Part shown: positions 1-12,905 of the stretch, piece after piece
Numbering within the stretch: the stretch's first letter is position 1
Layout: each line of letters opens with the position of its first letter
Assembly: GCF_031769215.1 (NCBI RefSeq)
Contig: NW_026782001.1
Location: forward strand, 868,001 to 932,000
Length of the DNA: 64,000 nucleotides
Direction: 5' to 3'
Source: Ylistrum balloti
Taxonomy: Eukaryota
Notes under the pieces: generated by a model
What the model saw: only the letters and a program-made list of their open reading frames with translations
What the model was told of the DNA's origin: nothing
Databases searched by the model: none
Program-made: the position numbers and the translations under genes

Positions 1-29
1 TGTGTAAAGTTGACAGCAAAACAGCAAGG

Positions 30-1169
30 ATGAACCATAGTCCATTGCAAGTAAGCAACAACACACTAACATTACATGAAATAGAATGGCAGGATTTTGT
101 GAAGAAGGACATACCACTGACTGTGTTTCTGTCCAGTCTGAGTGTCATTGGCACTCTGGGAAATGTTATGGTCATTTTGACCGTAGGCCGACGTGACAGA
201 TGGCGAAACTATAGAATACTCATTCAATGTCTAGCCTTTGTTGACTTGCTGAGCTGTTTTTTCAGTATTCCTGGTTACATAGCACTGTCTCGTTTCCGGT
301 ACTCCATCGAATCGGATGTGTTTTGTCGAGGTACGACAATGTTTCATATATTTGTTGGAGCTTTTTCAGTAGACTTGTTGTGTTTTATAGCAATAGAAAG
401 ATTCCGGAAAACATGCAGGCCATTGAAAGAGGACTTCAGTTTAATGCGAGTAAAGTTAGTTTGTATCTGTTTGGCAGGATTTAACATAGCATTGGCTACA
501 CTGGGACTTTTTACCTTCAGTTCCCAACGTATCATGGTGGGTAATCTTATTGGTCACAGCTGTTTGATAAACAAAGAAGGAACATTTGCTAAAATATTCA
601 GCCAGATAATAATCCTGTTTCTCTTCCTTAAAATAATTGTGTGTACAGTATTGTATTGTATAATAGGAAGGACCCTTTTACAACACAGAAAACACCGACC
701 TCACATGGTGCCGTTTAGATATCAAAATTCAACAATTAAGAACATGTCATGTGATCACAATCAGGATCAGTCAATGGAAAGAAACAACGCATGTAGTGTA
801 CGAAGAATGTCCTTAAAAAGTGTGACAAGCTCCGATCTGAATTCTTCCTTTCAAAATCATGGATCGACGAGACATATAAGTTCGAATTTGAGCGGGAAAA
901 CCCTGTACACAAAAAGCGCTAAGATTTCCTTCATGTTTCTCATGTGTACTTGCTTGTCATTTTTATCTTTCGTACCCGTTTTGGTGATAAGATGTATCGA
1001 GAGCTTTGATTGGCAGCTGAGAGCGGATATGTTTAAATATCTTGGTTCAATGGCGGGAGTTCTTTACCGATTCCATGTCCTGAACCACGTGATTAATCCG
1101 ATAGTATATTGCTTGACCAACAGCAATTTTAGACGAGACTGTACTGACTTATGTAAATACCGGAGGTAA
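30..1169 (+). CDS. Intronless class A (rhodopsin-like) GPCR, probable peptide-receptor-like orphan, 379 aa
   Basis: Seven hydrophobic segments with class A motifs: TM1 GTLGNVMV, TM2 LAFVDLL, C3.25 (VFC), TM3 AIERFRKTCRPL (DRY-equivalent), ECL2 Cys, TM5 Y..I, TM6 FLSFVP, TM7 NHVINPIVY (NPxxY), helix 8 FRRD. Single ATG-to-TAA ORF. Confidence 0.93.
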   Translation: MNHSPLQVSNNTLTLHEIEWQDFVKKDIPLTVFLSSLSVIGTLGNVMVILTVGRRDRWRNYRILIQCLAFVDLLSCFFSIPGYIALSRFRYSIESDVFCRGTTMFHIFVGAFSVDLLCFIAIERFRKTCRPLKEDFSLMRVKLVCICLAGFNIALATLGLFTFSSQRIMVGNLIGHSCLINKEGTFAKIFSQIIILFLFLKIIVCTVLYCIIGRTLLQHRKHRPHMVPFRYQNSTIKNMSCDHNQDQSMERNNACSVRRMSLKSVTSSDLNSSFQNHGSTRHISSNLSGKTLYTKSAKISFMFLMCTCLSFLSFVPVLVIRCIESFDWQLRADMFKYLGSMAGVLYRFHVLNHVINPIVYCLTNSNFRRDCTDLCKYRR

Positions 1170-1958
1170 TACACGTGACCTTCGGAACATGAACATAGGA
1201 AGTGTTGGATATTTTCTAGAAGATTTGAACGTAAAAATGCATACTCAAACAGACTCCAATTTCGTTTTCAACGTTAAAAAACGAGAACAATCCCTTCGTC
1301 TACAAAATGTATAAAAACATCATATATCCTGATATTAAAAATCTGTGTTCGTTGTAACGGTTTATTGATTCGTGAAGACTTTCTAGCAAAAGATTACCCA
1401 CGAAATCAGATAAATTGATTTCTGCTTAAGAAAGTGATTGACCGATGTGCACTTATAATTGCGTCTTTCATAATTTTCGTTCAACAACAAAATATGGACA
1501 GGTGTGTCTGTGCTTCAGTTGATATCGACATTTCAAAAGACATTTTATCGTGTACATGCATGGTAAAGACAGTTACATGTAAAAAGTTTTATTTAAATGC
1601 AATTCAGTGAAAACATTAATACAAGCCTTACATCCTTCATCTTTCAACATGGGAAATACTTTATATGTATACTAACGTATAAGATGTTGTTAATTAAAAT
1701 CTTGTGAAATCGATTTGAATGGTTTGTTTTTCTTTTTGGATTTTTAAGTATGACATAGGATACACAAGGTGTAGTTAAATCTTGTGATTGGTAGCATATT
1801 TCTGTTCTTTGCTGCTTCATATATTTAATGAAAATGGATCACAGGAAGTGTGATGGCATGAAGGAGACTGATGAGCTCATTGTATGGCTGGTGAAAGTGT
1901 AAATATCAAATCCCTTGCAATAATGTGGTATCAGCCATTGAGAAAACATGGAGATTGT

Positions 1959-2372
1959 TCTAGTTACAACACGGTTACATTCAGTGACAAAACAGTGAAA
2001 CTCTTCTAGTTACAACACGGTTACAGACAGTGACAAAACAGTGTGACTCTTCTAGTTACAAAACGGTTACAGTCAGTGACAAAACAGTGAAACTCTTCTA
2101 GTTACAACACGGTTACAGACAGTGACAAAACAGTGTGACTCTTCTAGTTACAAAACGGTTACAGACAGTGACAAAACAGTGAGACTTTTCTAGTTACAAA
2201 ACGGTTACAGACAGTGACAAAACAGTGAGACTTTTCTAGTTACAAAACGGTTACAGTCAGTGAAAAAACAGTGAGACTTTTCTAGTTACAAAACGGTTAC
2301 AGACAGTGACAAAACAGTGAGACTTTTCTAGTTACAAAACGGTTACAGCCAGTGACAAAACTGAAGACCGTT
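1959..2372. repeat. 46-bp minisatellite, ~9 copies
   Basis: Unit TCTAGTTACAAAACGGTTACAGACAGTGACAAAACAGTGAGACTTT recurs at 1959, 2005, 2051, 2097, 2143, 2189, 2235, 2281 and 2327. Confidence 0.95.
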
Positions 2373-2605
2373 CTAGTTATAACAAGGATTGTACAAAAGA
2401 CACACAAGATTATACTCAGTGACAGGGAAAAGATAACTGTTCTAGGAATAAGTGACAGGGAAATTGTTCCGGTTTTAACAAGGTCGCTGCCCGTGACGAC
2501 ACATGATAAGATTAGACAGATTGTTCTTACAATCACTGGTAAATTGTTCATTATATGGGGTTTATTCTACTTTGATCGTGTGTACCTCCTACAACCTTTT
2601 AGCGT

Positions 2606-2825
2606 GTGGTCGGGTGGCGCAGTGGTAACGAACACGTCTTTCACCTAGCCGTCTGGGTTAGATTTCCAGAACGGACATGACAAGGAAGTTCAGTAATGTT
2701 GCGCAGTGGTAACGAACACGTCTTTCACCTAGCCGTCTGGGTTAGAAGTTCAGTAAGATCCACTGTAGGCTTCCATCCGGGCCAACATCAATGATTAATA
2801 TTTACTGATATCTTGTTTCGCATTA
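2606..2825 (+). mobile_element. tRNA-derived SINE, decayed, with duplicated head
   Basis: Pol III A box TGGCGCAGTGG (2615-2625) and degenerate B box GGTTAGATTTCC; 46 nt of the head repeated at 2617 and 2701; head is alignable to the SINE at 49240-49388. No tRNA acceptor stem or 3' arm. Confidence 0.7.
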
Positions 2826-3632
2826 GTGGTGGGCGGTAAATGTTTGCAGTGTTCGTAGTCGGGTTACAAGCAGTCATATTATCTCTCTGAGTGGAGGCGT
2901 GAATGTTCCACTTCCATACAACTTCCAGTACTTAATTGTAATACTTTAAGATAAATCAGAAAAGATAAACTAGCATGCCAGTGTTGTTGATATAAAACTC
3001 AAAACCGATGTAAGAAGCACGGGCGGTTCGGACAAGGTGACAAAATGGTTGACGGGTTTAACGATGATGTAACAGAGCCCCTGTAATGGGAGTCACATAC
3101 CGGATGTGTCCTCTCAGTTATTATTATATTCTTTAAGGAAGGGGTCACGTGTTATCCATAACCTGAATTTTTTTACAATAAATCTGTCGATGATGACACA
3201 ATAATCAATATCTAATCAGACAGCAGTAATTGAGTTTTTCACGACTCGTACATACTGAGTGTGTAAGCAATGACAAGTGGAGTTAGAGACAGGGATATGT
3301 TGAGTTTATAGCTTCTATACATAAATATGTTACGACATTGTTTTTTTCCCTGTATCTATTTCCATAGTGTGTTTGTTTCTCGTTTTTATCAGTACTTGAT
3401 TTGCCAAACAATAATTTCCAGTAACAGTACACTTAATCCAGCTTTGACTGTAAAAGATTTATCAATGGACACTCTGTACGGTTATAATCAGCAGTCTGCA
3501 ACTAGGGCGGATTATAGTGAAGCACGTTCGTGGTTCAATTCTACTCATGATTACAAGAATGAGGAAATTACCTTGATATCGCTTTTTAATGTGTTGTGTG
3601 ACTATATTTAAACCAAGTACACTTGTAGAGCG

Positions 3633-6600
3633 CACGATTAGACTGGGTTAAGAAGAGATTTGTGTCATTATCTCCGTACATTGTTACACTAGTAGATCAG
3701 ACGATTAGACTAGGTTAAGAAGAGATTTGTGTCATTATCTCCTTACATTGTTACACTAGTAGATCACACGATTAGACTAGGTTAAGAAGAGATTTGTGTC
3801 ATTATCTCCGTACATTGTTACACTAGTAGATCACACGATTAGACTAGGTTAAGAAGAGATTTGTGTCATTATCTCCTTACATTGTTACACTAGTAGATCA
3901 CACGATTAGACTGGGTTAAGAAGAGATTTGTGTCATTATCTCCGTACATTGTTACACTAGTAGATCACACGATTAGACTAGGTTAAGAAGAGATTTGACA
4001 AGATTAGACTAGGTTAAGAAGAGATTTGTGTCATTATCTCCGTACATTGTTACACTAGTAGATCACACGATTAGACTAGGTTAAGAAGAGATTTGTGTCA
4101 TTATCTCCTTACATTGTTACACTAGTAGATCACACGATTAGACTAGGTTAAGAAGAGATTTGTGTCATTATCTCCTTACATTGTTACACTAGTAGATCAG
4201 ACGATTAGACTAGGTTAAGAAGAGATTTGACAAGATTAGACTGGGTTAAGAAGAGATATGTGTCATTATCTCCTTACATTGTTACACTAGTAGATCACAC
4301 GATTAGACTGGGTTAAGAAGAGATTTGTGTCATTATCTCCTTACATTGTTACACTAGTAGATCACACGATTAGACTAGGTTAAGAAGAGATTTGTGTCAT
4401 TATCTCCTTACATTGTTACACTAGTAGATCACACGATTAGACTAGGTTAAGAAGAGATTTGTGTCATTATCTCCTTACATTGTTACACTAGTAGATCACA
4501 CGATTAGACTGGGTTAAGAAGAGATTTGACAAGATTAGACTAGGTTAAGAAGAGATTTGTGTCATTATCTCCTTACATTGTTACACTAGTAGATCACACG
4601 ATTAGACTAGGTTAAGAAGAGATTTGTGTCATTATCTCCTTACATTGTTACACTAGTAGATCACACGATTAGACTAGGTTAAGAAGAGATTTGTGTCATT
4701 ATCTCCTTACATTGTTACTAGTAGATCACACGATTAGACTAGGTGAGATTTGACAAGATTAGACTAGGTTAAGAAGAGATTTGTGTCATTATCTCCTTAC
4801 ATTGTTACAGTAGTAGATCACACGATTAGACTAGGTTAAGAAGAGATTTGTGTCATTATCTCCTTACATTGTTACACTAGTAGATCACACGATTAGACTA
4901 GGTTAAGAAGAGATTTGTGTCATTATCTCCTTACATTGTTACACTAGTAGATCACACGATTAGACTAGGTTAAGAAGAGATTTGACAAGATTAGACTAGG
5001 TTAAGAAGAGATTTGTGTCATTATCTCCTTACATTGTTACACTAGTAGATCACACGATTAGACTAGGTTAAGAAGAGATTTGACAAGATTAGACTAGGTT
5101 AAGAAGAGATTTGTGTCATTATCTCCTTACATTGTTACACTAGTAGATCACACGATTAGACTAGGTTAAGAAGAGATTTGTGTCATTATCTCCTTACATT
5201 GTTACAGTAGTAGATCACACGATTAGACTAGGTTAAGAAGAGATTTGACAAGATTAGACTAGGTTAAGAAGAGATTTGTGTCATTATCTCCTTACATTGT
5301 TACACTAGTAGATCACACGATTAGACTAGGTTAAGAAGAGATTTGTGTCATTATCTCCTTACATTGTTACACTAGTAGATCACACGATTAGACTAGGTTA
5401 AGAAGAGATTTGTGTCATTATCTCCTTACATTGTTACACTAGTAGATCACACGATTAGACTAGGTTAAGAAGAGATTTGTGTCATTATCTCCTTACATTG
5501 TTACACTAGTAGATCACACGATTAGACTAGGTTAAGAAGAGATTTGACAAGATTAGACTGGGTTAAGAAGAGATTTGTGTCATTATCTCCTTACATTGTT
5601 ACACTAGTAGATCACACGATTAGACTAGGTTAAGAAGAGATTTGTGTCATTATCTCCTTACATTGTTACACTAGTAGATCACACGATTAGACTAGGTTAA
5701 GAAGAGATTTGTGTCATTATCTCCTTACATTGTTACACTAGTAGATCACACGATTAGACTAGGTTAAGAAGAGATTTGTGTCATTATCTCCTTACATTGT
5801 TACACTAGTAGATCACACGATTAGACTAGGTTAAGAAGAGATTTGTGTCATTATCTCCTTACATTGTTACACTAGTAGATCACACGATTAGACTAGGTTA
5901 AGAAGAGATTTGTGTCATTATCTCCTTACATTGTTACACTAGTAGATCACACGATTAGACTAGGTTAAGAAGAGATTTGTGTCATTATCTCCTTACATTG
6001 TTACACTAGTAGATCACACGATTAGACTAGGTTAAGAAGAGATTTGTGTCATTATCTCCTTACATTGTTACACTAGTAGATCACACGATTAGACTAGGTT
6101 AAGAAGAGATTTGTGTCATTATCTCCTTACATTGTTACACTAGTAGATCACACGATTAGACTGGGTTAAGAAGAGATTTGTGTCATTATCTCCTTACATT
6201 GTTACACTAGTAGATCACACGATTAGACTAGGTTAAGAAGAGATTTGTGTCATTATCTCCTTACATTGTTACACTAGTAGATCACACGATTAGACTAGGT
6301 TAAGAAGAGATTTGTGTCATTATCTCCGTACATTGTTACACTAGTAGATCACACGATTAGACTAGGTTAAGAAGAGATTTGTGTCATTATCTCCTTACAT
6401 TGTTACACTAGTAGATCACAGATTAGACTAGGTTAAGAAGAGATTTGTGTCATTATCTCCTTACATTGTTACACTAGTAGATCACACGATTAGACTAGGT
6501 TAAGAAGAGATTTGTGTCATTATCTCCTTACATTGTTACACTAGTAGATCACACGATTAGACTAGGTTAAGAAGAGATTTGTGTCATTATCTCCTTACAT

Positions 6601-7678
6601 TGTTACACTAGTAGATCACACGATTAGAATAGGTTAAGAAGAGATTTGTGTCATTACATTGTTACACTAGTAGATCACACGATTAGACTAGGTTAAGAAG
6701 AGATTTGTGTCATTATCTCCTTACATTGTTACACTAGTAGATCACACGATTAGACTAGGTTAAGAAGAGATTTGTGTCATTATCTCCTTACATTGTTACA
6801 CTAGTAGATCACACGATTAGACTAGGTTAAGAAGAGATTTGTGTCATTATCTCCTTACATTGTTACACTAGTAGATCACACGATTAGACTAGGTTAAGAA
6901 GAGATTTGACAAGATTAGACTAGGTTAAGAAGAGATTTGTGTCATTATCTCCTTACATTGTTACACTAGTAGATCACACGATTAGACTAGGTTAAGAAGA
7001 GATTTGACAAGATTAGACTAGGTTAAGAAGAGATTTGTGTCATTATCTCCGTACATTGTTACACTAGTAGATCACACGATTAGACTAGGTTAAGAAGAGA
7101 TTTGTGTCATTATCTCCTTACATTGTTACACTAGTAGATCACACGATTAGACTAGGTTAAGAAGAGATTTGTGTCATTATCTCCTTACATTGTTACACTA
7201 GTAGATCACACGATTAGACTAGGTTAAGAAGAGATTTGTGTCATTATCTCCTTACATTGTTACACTAGTAGATCACACGATTAGACTAGGTTAAGAAGAG
7301 ATTTGTGTCATTATCTCCTTACATTGTTACACTAGTAGATCACACGATTAGACTAGGTTAAGAAGAGATTTGTGTCATTATCTCCTTACATTGTTACACT
7401 AGATTAGACTAGGTTAAGAAGAGATTTGTGTCATTATCTCCTTACATTGTTACACTAGTAGATCACACGATTAGACTAGGTTAAGAAGAGATTTAGACTA
7501 GGTTAAGAAGAGAAGATTAGACTAGGTTAAGAAGAGATTTGTGTCATTATCTCCGTACATTGTTACACTAGTAGATCACACGATTAGACTAGGTTAAGAA
7601 GAGATTTGTGTCATTATCTCCTTACATTGTTACACTAGTAGATCACACGATTAGACTGGGTTAAGAAGAGATATGTGT
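3633..7678. repeat. 67-bp minisatellite (~55 copies) interspersed with ~10 truncated 31-bp units
   Basis: Long unit CACGATTAGACTAGGTTAAGAAGAGATTTGTGTCATTATCTCCTTACATTGTTACACTAGTAGATCA; short unit GATTAGACTAGGTTAAGAAGAGATTTGACAA. Confidence 0.97.
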
Positions 7679-7728
7679 ATCTTCTTATATTGTTATTGTT
7701 ACGACGCTTCAGCTGCTAAATAATATAT

Positions 7729-10700
7729 AAGTCAAGGACCCAACTACAGAAAAAAGGATAATGACCCGAGGGAAGGGGCAGAGATTGTTGTACGACTAAT
7801 TTGTACACTAAACGGCAGGTAATTGGGGATAAGTTAGGGACTTAACTACAGAAAAAAGGATGATGACCTGAGGGAAGGGGCAGAGATTGTTGTACGACAG
7901 ATAATTGGGGATAAGTCAGGGACTCAACTACAGAAAAACGGATAATGACCCGAGGGAAGGGACAGAGATTGTTATACGACAGATAATTGGGGATAAGTCA
8001 GGGACTCAACTACAGAAAAAAGGATAATGACCTGAGGGAAGGGGCAGAGATTGTTGTACGACAGATAATTGGGGATAAGTCAGGGACTCAACTACAGAAA
8101 AAAGGATAATGACCTGAGGGAAGGGGCAGAGATTGTTGTACGACAGATAATTGGGGATAAGTCAGGGACCCAACTACAGAAAAAAGGAAAATGACCCGAG
8201 GGAAGGGGCAGAGATTGTTGTACGACATGTAATTGGAGATAAGTCAGGGACTCAACTACAGAAAAAAGGATAATGACCCGAGGGAAGGGGCAGAGATTGT
8301 TGTACGACAGATAATTGGGGATAAGTCAGGGACCCAACTACAGAAAAAAAGGATAATGACCTGAGGGAAGGGGCAGAGATTGTTGTACGACAGATAATTG
8401 GGGATAAGTCAGGGACTCAACTACAGAAAAAAGGATAATGACCTGAGGGAAGGGGCAGAGATTGTTGTACGACAGATAATTGGGGATAAGTCTTTGACTC
8501 AACTACAGAAAAAAAAAAGGATAATGACCTGAGGGAAGGGGCAGAGATTGTACACCCAATTTGTACACTAAACGACAGGTAATTGGGGATAAGTCAGGGA
8601 CTCAACTACAGAAAAAAGGATAATGACCCGAGGGAAGGGGCAGAGATTGTTGTACGACAGATAATTGGGGATAAGTCTTTGACTCAACTACAGAAAAAAA
8701 GGATAATGACCCGAGGGAAGGGGCAGAGATTGTTGTACACCCAATTTGTACACTAAACGACAGGTAATTGGGGATAAGTCAGGGACTCAACTACAGAAAA
8801 AAGGATAATGACCCGAGGGAAGGGGCAGAGATTGTTGTACGACAGATAATTGGGGATAAGTCTTTGACTCAACTACAGAAAAAAAAAGGATAATGACCCG
8901 AGGGAAGGGGCAGAGATTGTTGTACACCCAATTTGTACACTAAACGACAGGTAATTGGGGATAAGTCAGGGACTCAACTACAGAAAAAAGGATAATGACC
9001 CGAGGGAAGGGGCAGAGATTGTTGTACGACAGATAATTGGGGATAAGTCTTTGACTCAACTACAGAAAAAAAGGATAATGACCCGAGGGAAGGGGCAGAG
9101 ATTGTTGTACACCCAATTTGTACACTAAACGACAGGTAATTGGGGATAAGTCAGGGACTCAACTACAGAAAAAAGGATAATGACCCGAGGGAAGGGGCAG
9201 AGATTGTTGTACGACAGATAATTGGGGATAAGTCTTTGACTCAACTACAGAAAAAAAAAGGATAATGACCCGAGGGAAGGGGCAGAGATTGTTGTACACC
9301 CAATTTGTACACTAAACGACAGGTAATTGGGGATAAGTCAGGGACTCAACTACAGAAAAAAGGATAATGACCCGAGGGAAGGGGCAGAGATTGTTGTACG
9401 ACAGATAATTGGGGATAAGTCTTTGACTCAACTACAGAAAAAAAAAGGATAATGACCCGAGGGAAGGGGCAGAGATTGTTGTACACCCAATTTGTACACT
9501 AAACGACAGGTAATTGGGGATAAGTCAGGGACTCAACTACAGAAAAAAGGATAATGACCCGAGGGAAGGGGCAGAGATTGTTGTACGACAGATAATTGGG
9601 GATAAGTCTTTGACTCAACTACAGAAAAAAAGGATAATGACCCGAGGGAAGGGGCAGAGATTGTTGTACACCCAATTTGTACACTAAACGACAGGTAATT
9701 GGGGATAAGTCAGGGACTCAACTACAGAAAAAAGGATAATGACCCGAGGGCAGGGGCAGAGATTTTTGTACGACATTTAATTGGGGATAAGTCAGGGACT
9801 CAACTACAGAAAAAAGGATAATGACCCGAGGGAAGGGGCAGAGATTGTTGTACGACAGATAATTGGGGATAAGTCTTTGACTCAACTACAGAAAAAAAAA
9901 GGATAATGACCCGAGGGAAGGGGCAGAGATTGTTGTACACCCAATTTGTACACTAAACGACAGGTAATTGGGGATAAGTCAGGGACTCAACTACAGAAAA
10001 AAGGATAATGACCCGAGGGAAGGGGCAGAGATTGTTGTACGACAGATAATTGGGGATAAGTCTTTGACTCAACTACAGAAAAAAAGGATAATGACCCGAG
10101 GGAAGGGGCAGAGATTGTTGTACACCCAATTTGTACACTAAACGACAGGTAATTGGGGATAAGTCAGGGACTCAACTACAGAAAAAAGGATAATGACCCG
10201 AGGGAAGGGGCAGAGATTGTTGTACGACAGATAATTGGGGATAAGTCTTTGACTCAACTACAGAAAAAAAAAGGATAATGACCCGAGGGAAGGGGCAGAG
10301 ATTGTTGTACACCCAATTTGTACACTAAACGACAGGTAATTGGGGATAAGTCAGGGACTCAACTACAGAAAAAAGGATAATGACCCGAGGGAAGGGGCAG
10401 AGATTGTTGTACGACAGATAATTGGGGATAAGTCTTTGACTCAACTACAGAAAAAAAGGATAATGACCCGAGGGAAGGGGCAGAGATTGTTGTACACCCA
10501 ATTTGTACACTAAACGACAGGTAATTGGGGACAAGTCAGGGACTCAACTACAGAAAAAAGGATAATGACCCGAGGGAAGGGGCAGAGATTGTTGTACGAC
10601 AGATAATTGGGGATAAGTCAGGGACCCAACTACAGAAAAAAGGATAATGACCTGAGGGAAGGGGCAGAGATTGCTGTAAGATAATTGGGGGACTCAACTA

Positions 10701-11804
10701 CAGAAAAAAGGATAATGACCCGAGGGAAGGGGCAGAGATTGTTGTACGACATGTAATTGGAGATAAGTCAGGGACTCAACTACAGAAAAAAGGATAATGA
10801 CCCGAGGGAAGGGGCAGAGATTGTTATACGACAGGTAATTGGGGATAGGTCTTTGACTCAACTACAGAAAAAAAGGATAATGACCCGAGGGAAGGGGCAG
10901 AGATTGTTATACGACAGATAATTGGGGATAAGTCTTTGACTCAACTACAGAATAAATGATACTGACCCGAGGGAAGGGGCAGAGATTGTAGTACGCCTAA
11001 TTTGTACACTAAACGGCAGGTAATTGGGGATAAGTTAGGGACTTAACTACAGAAAAAAGGATGATGACCTGAGGGAAGGGGCAGAGATTGTTGCACGACA
11101 GGTAATTGGGGATAGGTCAGGGACTCAACCACAGAAAAAAAAAACAGGATAATGACCCCAGGGAAGGGGCAGAGATTGTTGTACGACATGTAATTGGAGA
11201 TAAGTCAGGGACTCAACTACAGAAAAAATGATAACGACCTGTGGGAAGGGGCAGAGATTGTTGTACGACATGTAATTGGAGATAAGTCTGGGACTCAACT
11301 ACAGAAAAAAAACAGGATAATGACCCGAGGGAAGGGGCAGAGATTGTTGTACGACATGTAATTGGAGATAAGTCAGGGACTCAACTACAGAAAAAATGAT
11401 AACGACCTGTGGGAAGGGGCAGAGATTGTTGTACGACTGGTAATTGGGGATAAGTCAGGGACTCAACCACAGAAAAAAAAGGATAATGACCCGAGGGAAG
11501 GGGTAGAGATTATTGTACGACAGGTAATTGGGGATAGGTCTTTGACTCAACTACAGAAAAAAAGGATAATGACCCGAGGGAAGGGGCAGAGATTGTTATA
11601 CGACAGGTAATTGGGGATAGGTCTTTGACTCAACTACAGAAAAAAAGGATAATGACCCGAGGGAAGGGGCAGAGATTGTTGTACGACAGGTAATTGGGGA
11701 TAGGTCTTTGACTCAACTACAGAAAAAAAGGATAATGACCTGAAGAAAGGGGTAGAGATTATTGTACACCAAATTTTTACACTAAATGACATGTAATTGG
11801 GGAT
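7729..11804. repeat. 82-bp minisatellite (~45 units) with a central 185/187-bp dimeric higher-order repeat
   Basis: Monomer GGGACTCAACTACAGAAAAAAGGATAATGACCCGAGGGAAGGGGCAGAGATTGTTGTACGACAGATAATTGGGGATAAGTCA; alternates with a ~103-105-bp variant carrying ACCCAATTTGTACACTAAACGACAGG over 8597-10539. Confidence 0.97.
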
Positions 11805-12039
11805 GGACAGAAATAATAGTCACCTACCCAGGCTGAGTACAGGTGTTCAAGGGTAAGTAATGCAGTATTATATTACAGGTTTTTTTTTTATAATGTTCTG
11901 TATATTATGCGTCTGATTACTAACTTGGCTTTTCAACGGCTTGGTATCAGATTTTTTTGGCAGACACGCAATTTCCTTCTTAAACTGACAAAGCTCGATA
12001 TTGCCGTAACATTTGACCAAATCCACCCTGTATCGACTT

Positions 12040-12905
12040 TCACTTACACAAGTTAGTTCATTTTTAAAGTATGTTTGGCCACAAAAAGAAGACCTACATA
12101 GTCAGTGGAATAACAAGAAAAATATGTGCTTGATTCAAAAATGTCTACTATGTCTACTGTCTTCATAGAAACGTTGCAAAATCGTTTAATTTCTTTTACA
12201 GATATATCGATGTCGCTGAATAACAAGACATTTATCAACCACGTCCATCGTATATATCCATTAGACTTGGGAAACAAGGACATAACAGACTCTTCTACAT
12301 CAGCCGCTTATCTCAATCTTTTCCTACAACAAAACCAACATGGACAGCTTTCCACCAAGCTGTATGATAAGCGTGATGATTTCAATGTCCCTATTATGAA
12401 TTTTCCATTTCTGGATAGCATTACCCTGCGTTCCCAACCTATAGTGTTTTCATGTCGCAGTTGATAAAATATTCAAGGGCCTGCTTCCACTAAGTTCCAT
12501 TCAGTCGTTAACTGACAGATAACCTCGCAACACAAGGTTTCCAAATATGTAGATTGATGCAAATTATGATGCAGTACGGTTGTCATAGTGATCTCACTGA
12601 GAATCATTTTATTTCTTTGTGCGATAGGACACTGTGCGTGTTTGATGCACGTTCGTTTGCCTGTTGGTTCCGTTGTTGTATACCTAGTTTTCATTTGAGA
12701 ACATGACATTAGTTTGCTGAATTGACCAAGATTTACATGGCGAATATCGTCGATGAAACCGAAGACACTTAATCTTCCGGAACACCTGGTCCTTATTTTC
12801 CATGTAATTTTTCAGTTGCATCCGTGTACATTTTTCTTTTGTTGACATCTTCCCCACGTTTTATTGAAGTTGAGTTTGGGTTATTATCTTGAGATGCTGG
12901 TATAT
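12040..12905 (+). mobile_element. Decayed Penelope-like retroelement fragment (C-terminal RT/thumb and 3' tail)
   Basis: Frameshifted RT remnants: RYID..SLNN (YIDD region), RIYPLDL..KD.TDS..SAAYLNL, KLYDKRDDFNVPIMNFPFL, then in another frame PTYSVFMSQLIKYSRAC. This pattern resembles PLE RTs common in bivalve genomes. Family assignment is from memory. Confidence 0.7.

Noticed and set aside
2606-2670. tRNA gene (also at 49330-49388)
   Set aside because: A/B boxes only, with no cloverleaf or acceptor stem; it continues into SINE body sequence.
11362-11610. Repeat-derived ORFs (also 2297-2648, 53156-54068, 55494-55685)
   Set aside because: They are translations of minisatellite units.
3633-11804. 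CRISPR-like appearance of the long repeat arrays
   Set aside because: Units are head-to-tail with no unique spacers, there are no cas genes, and the context is eukaryotic.
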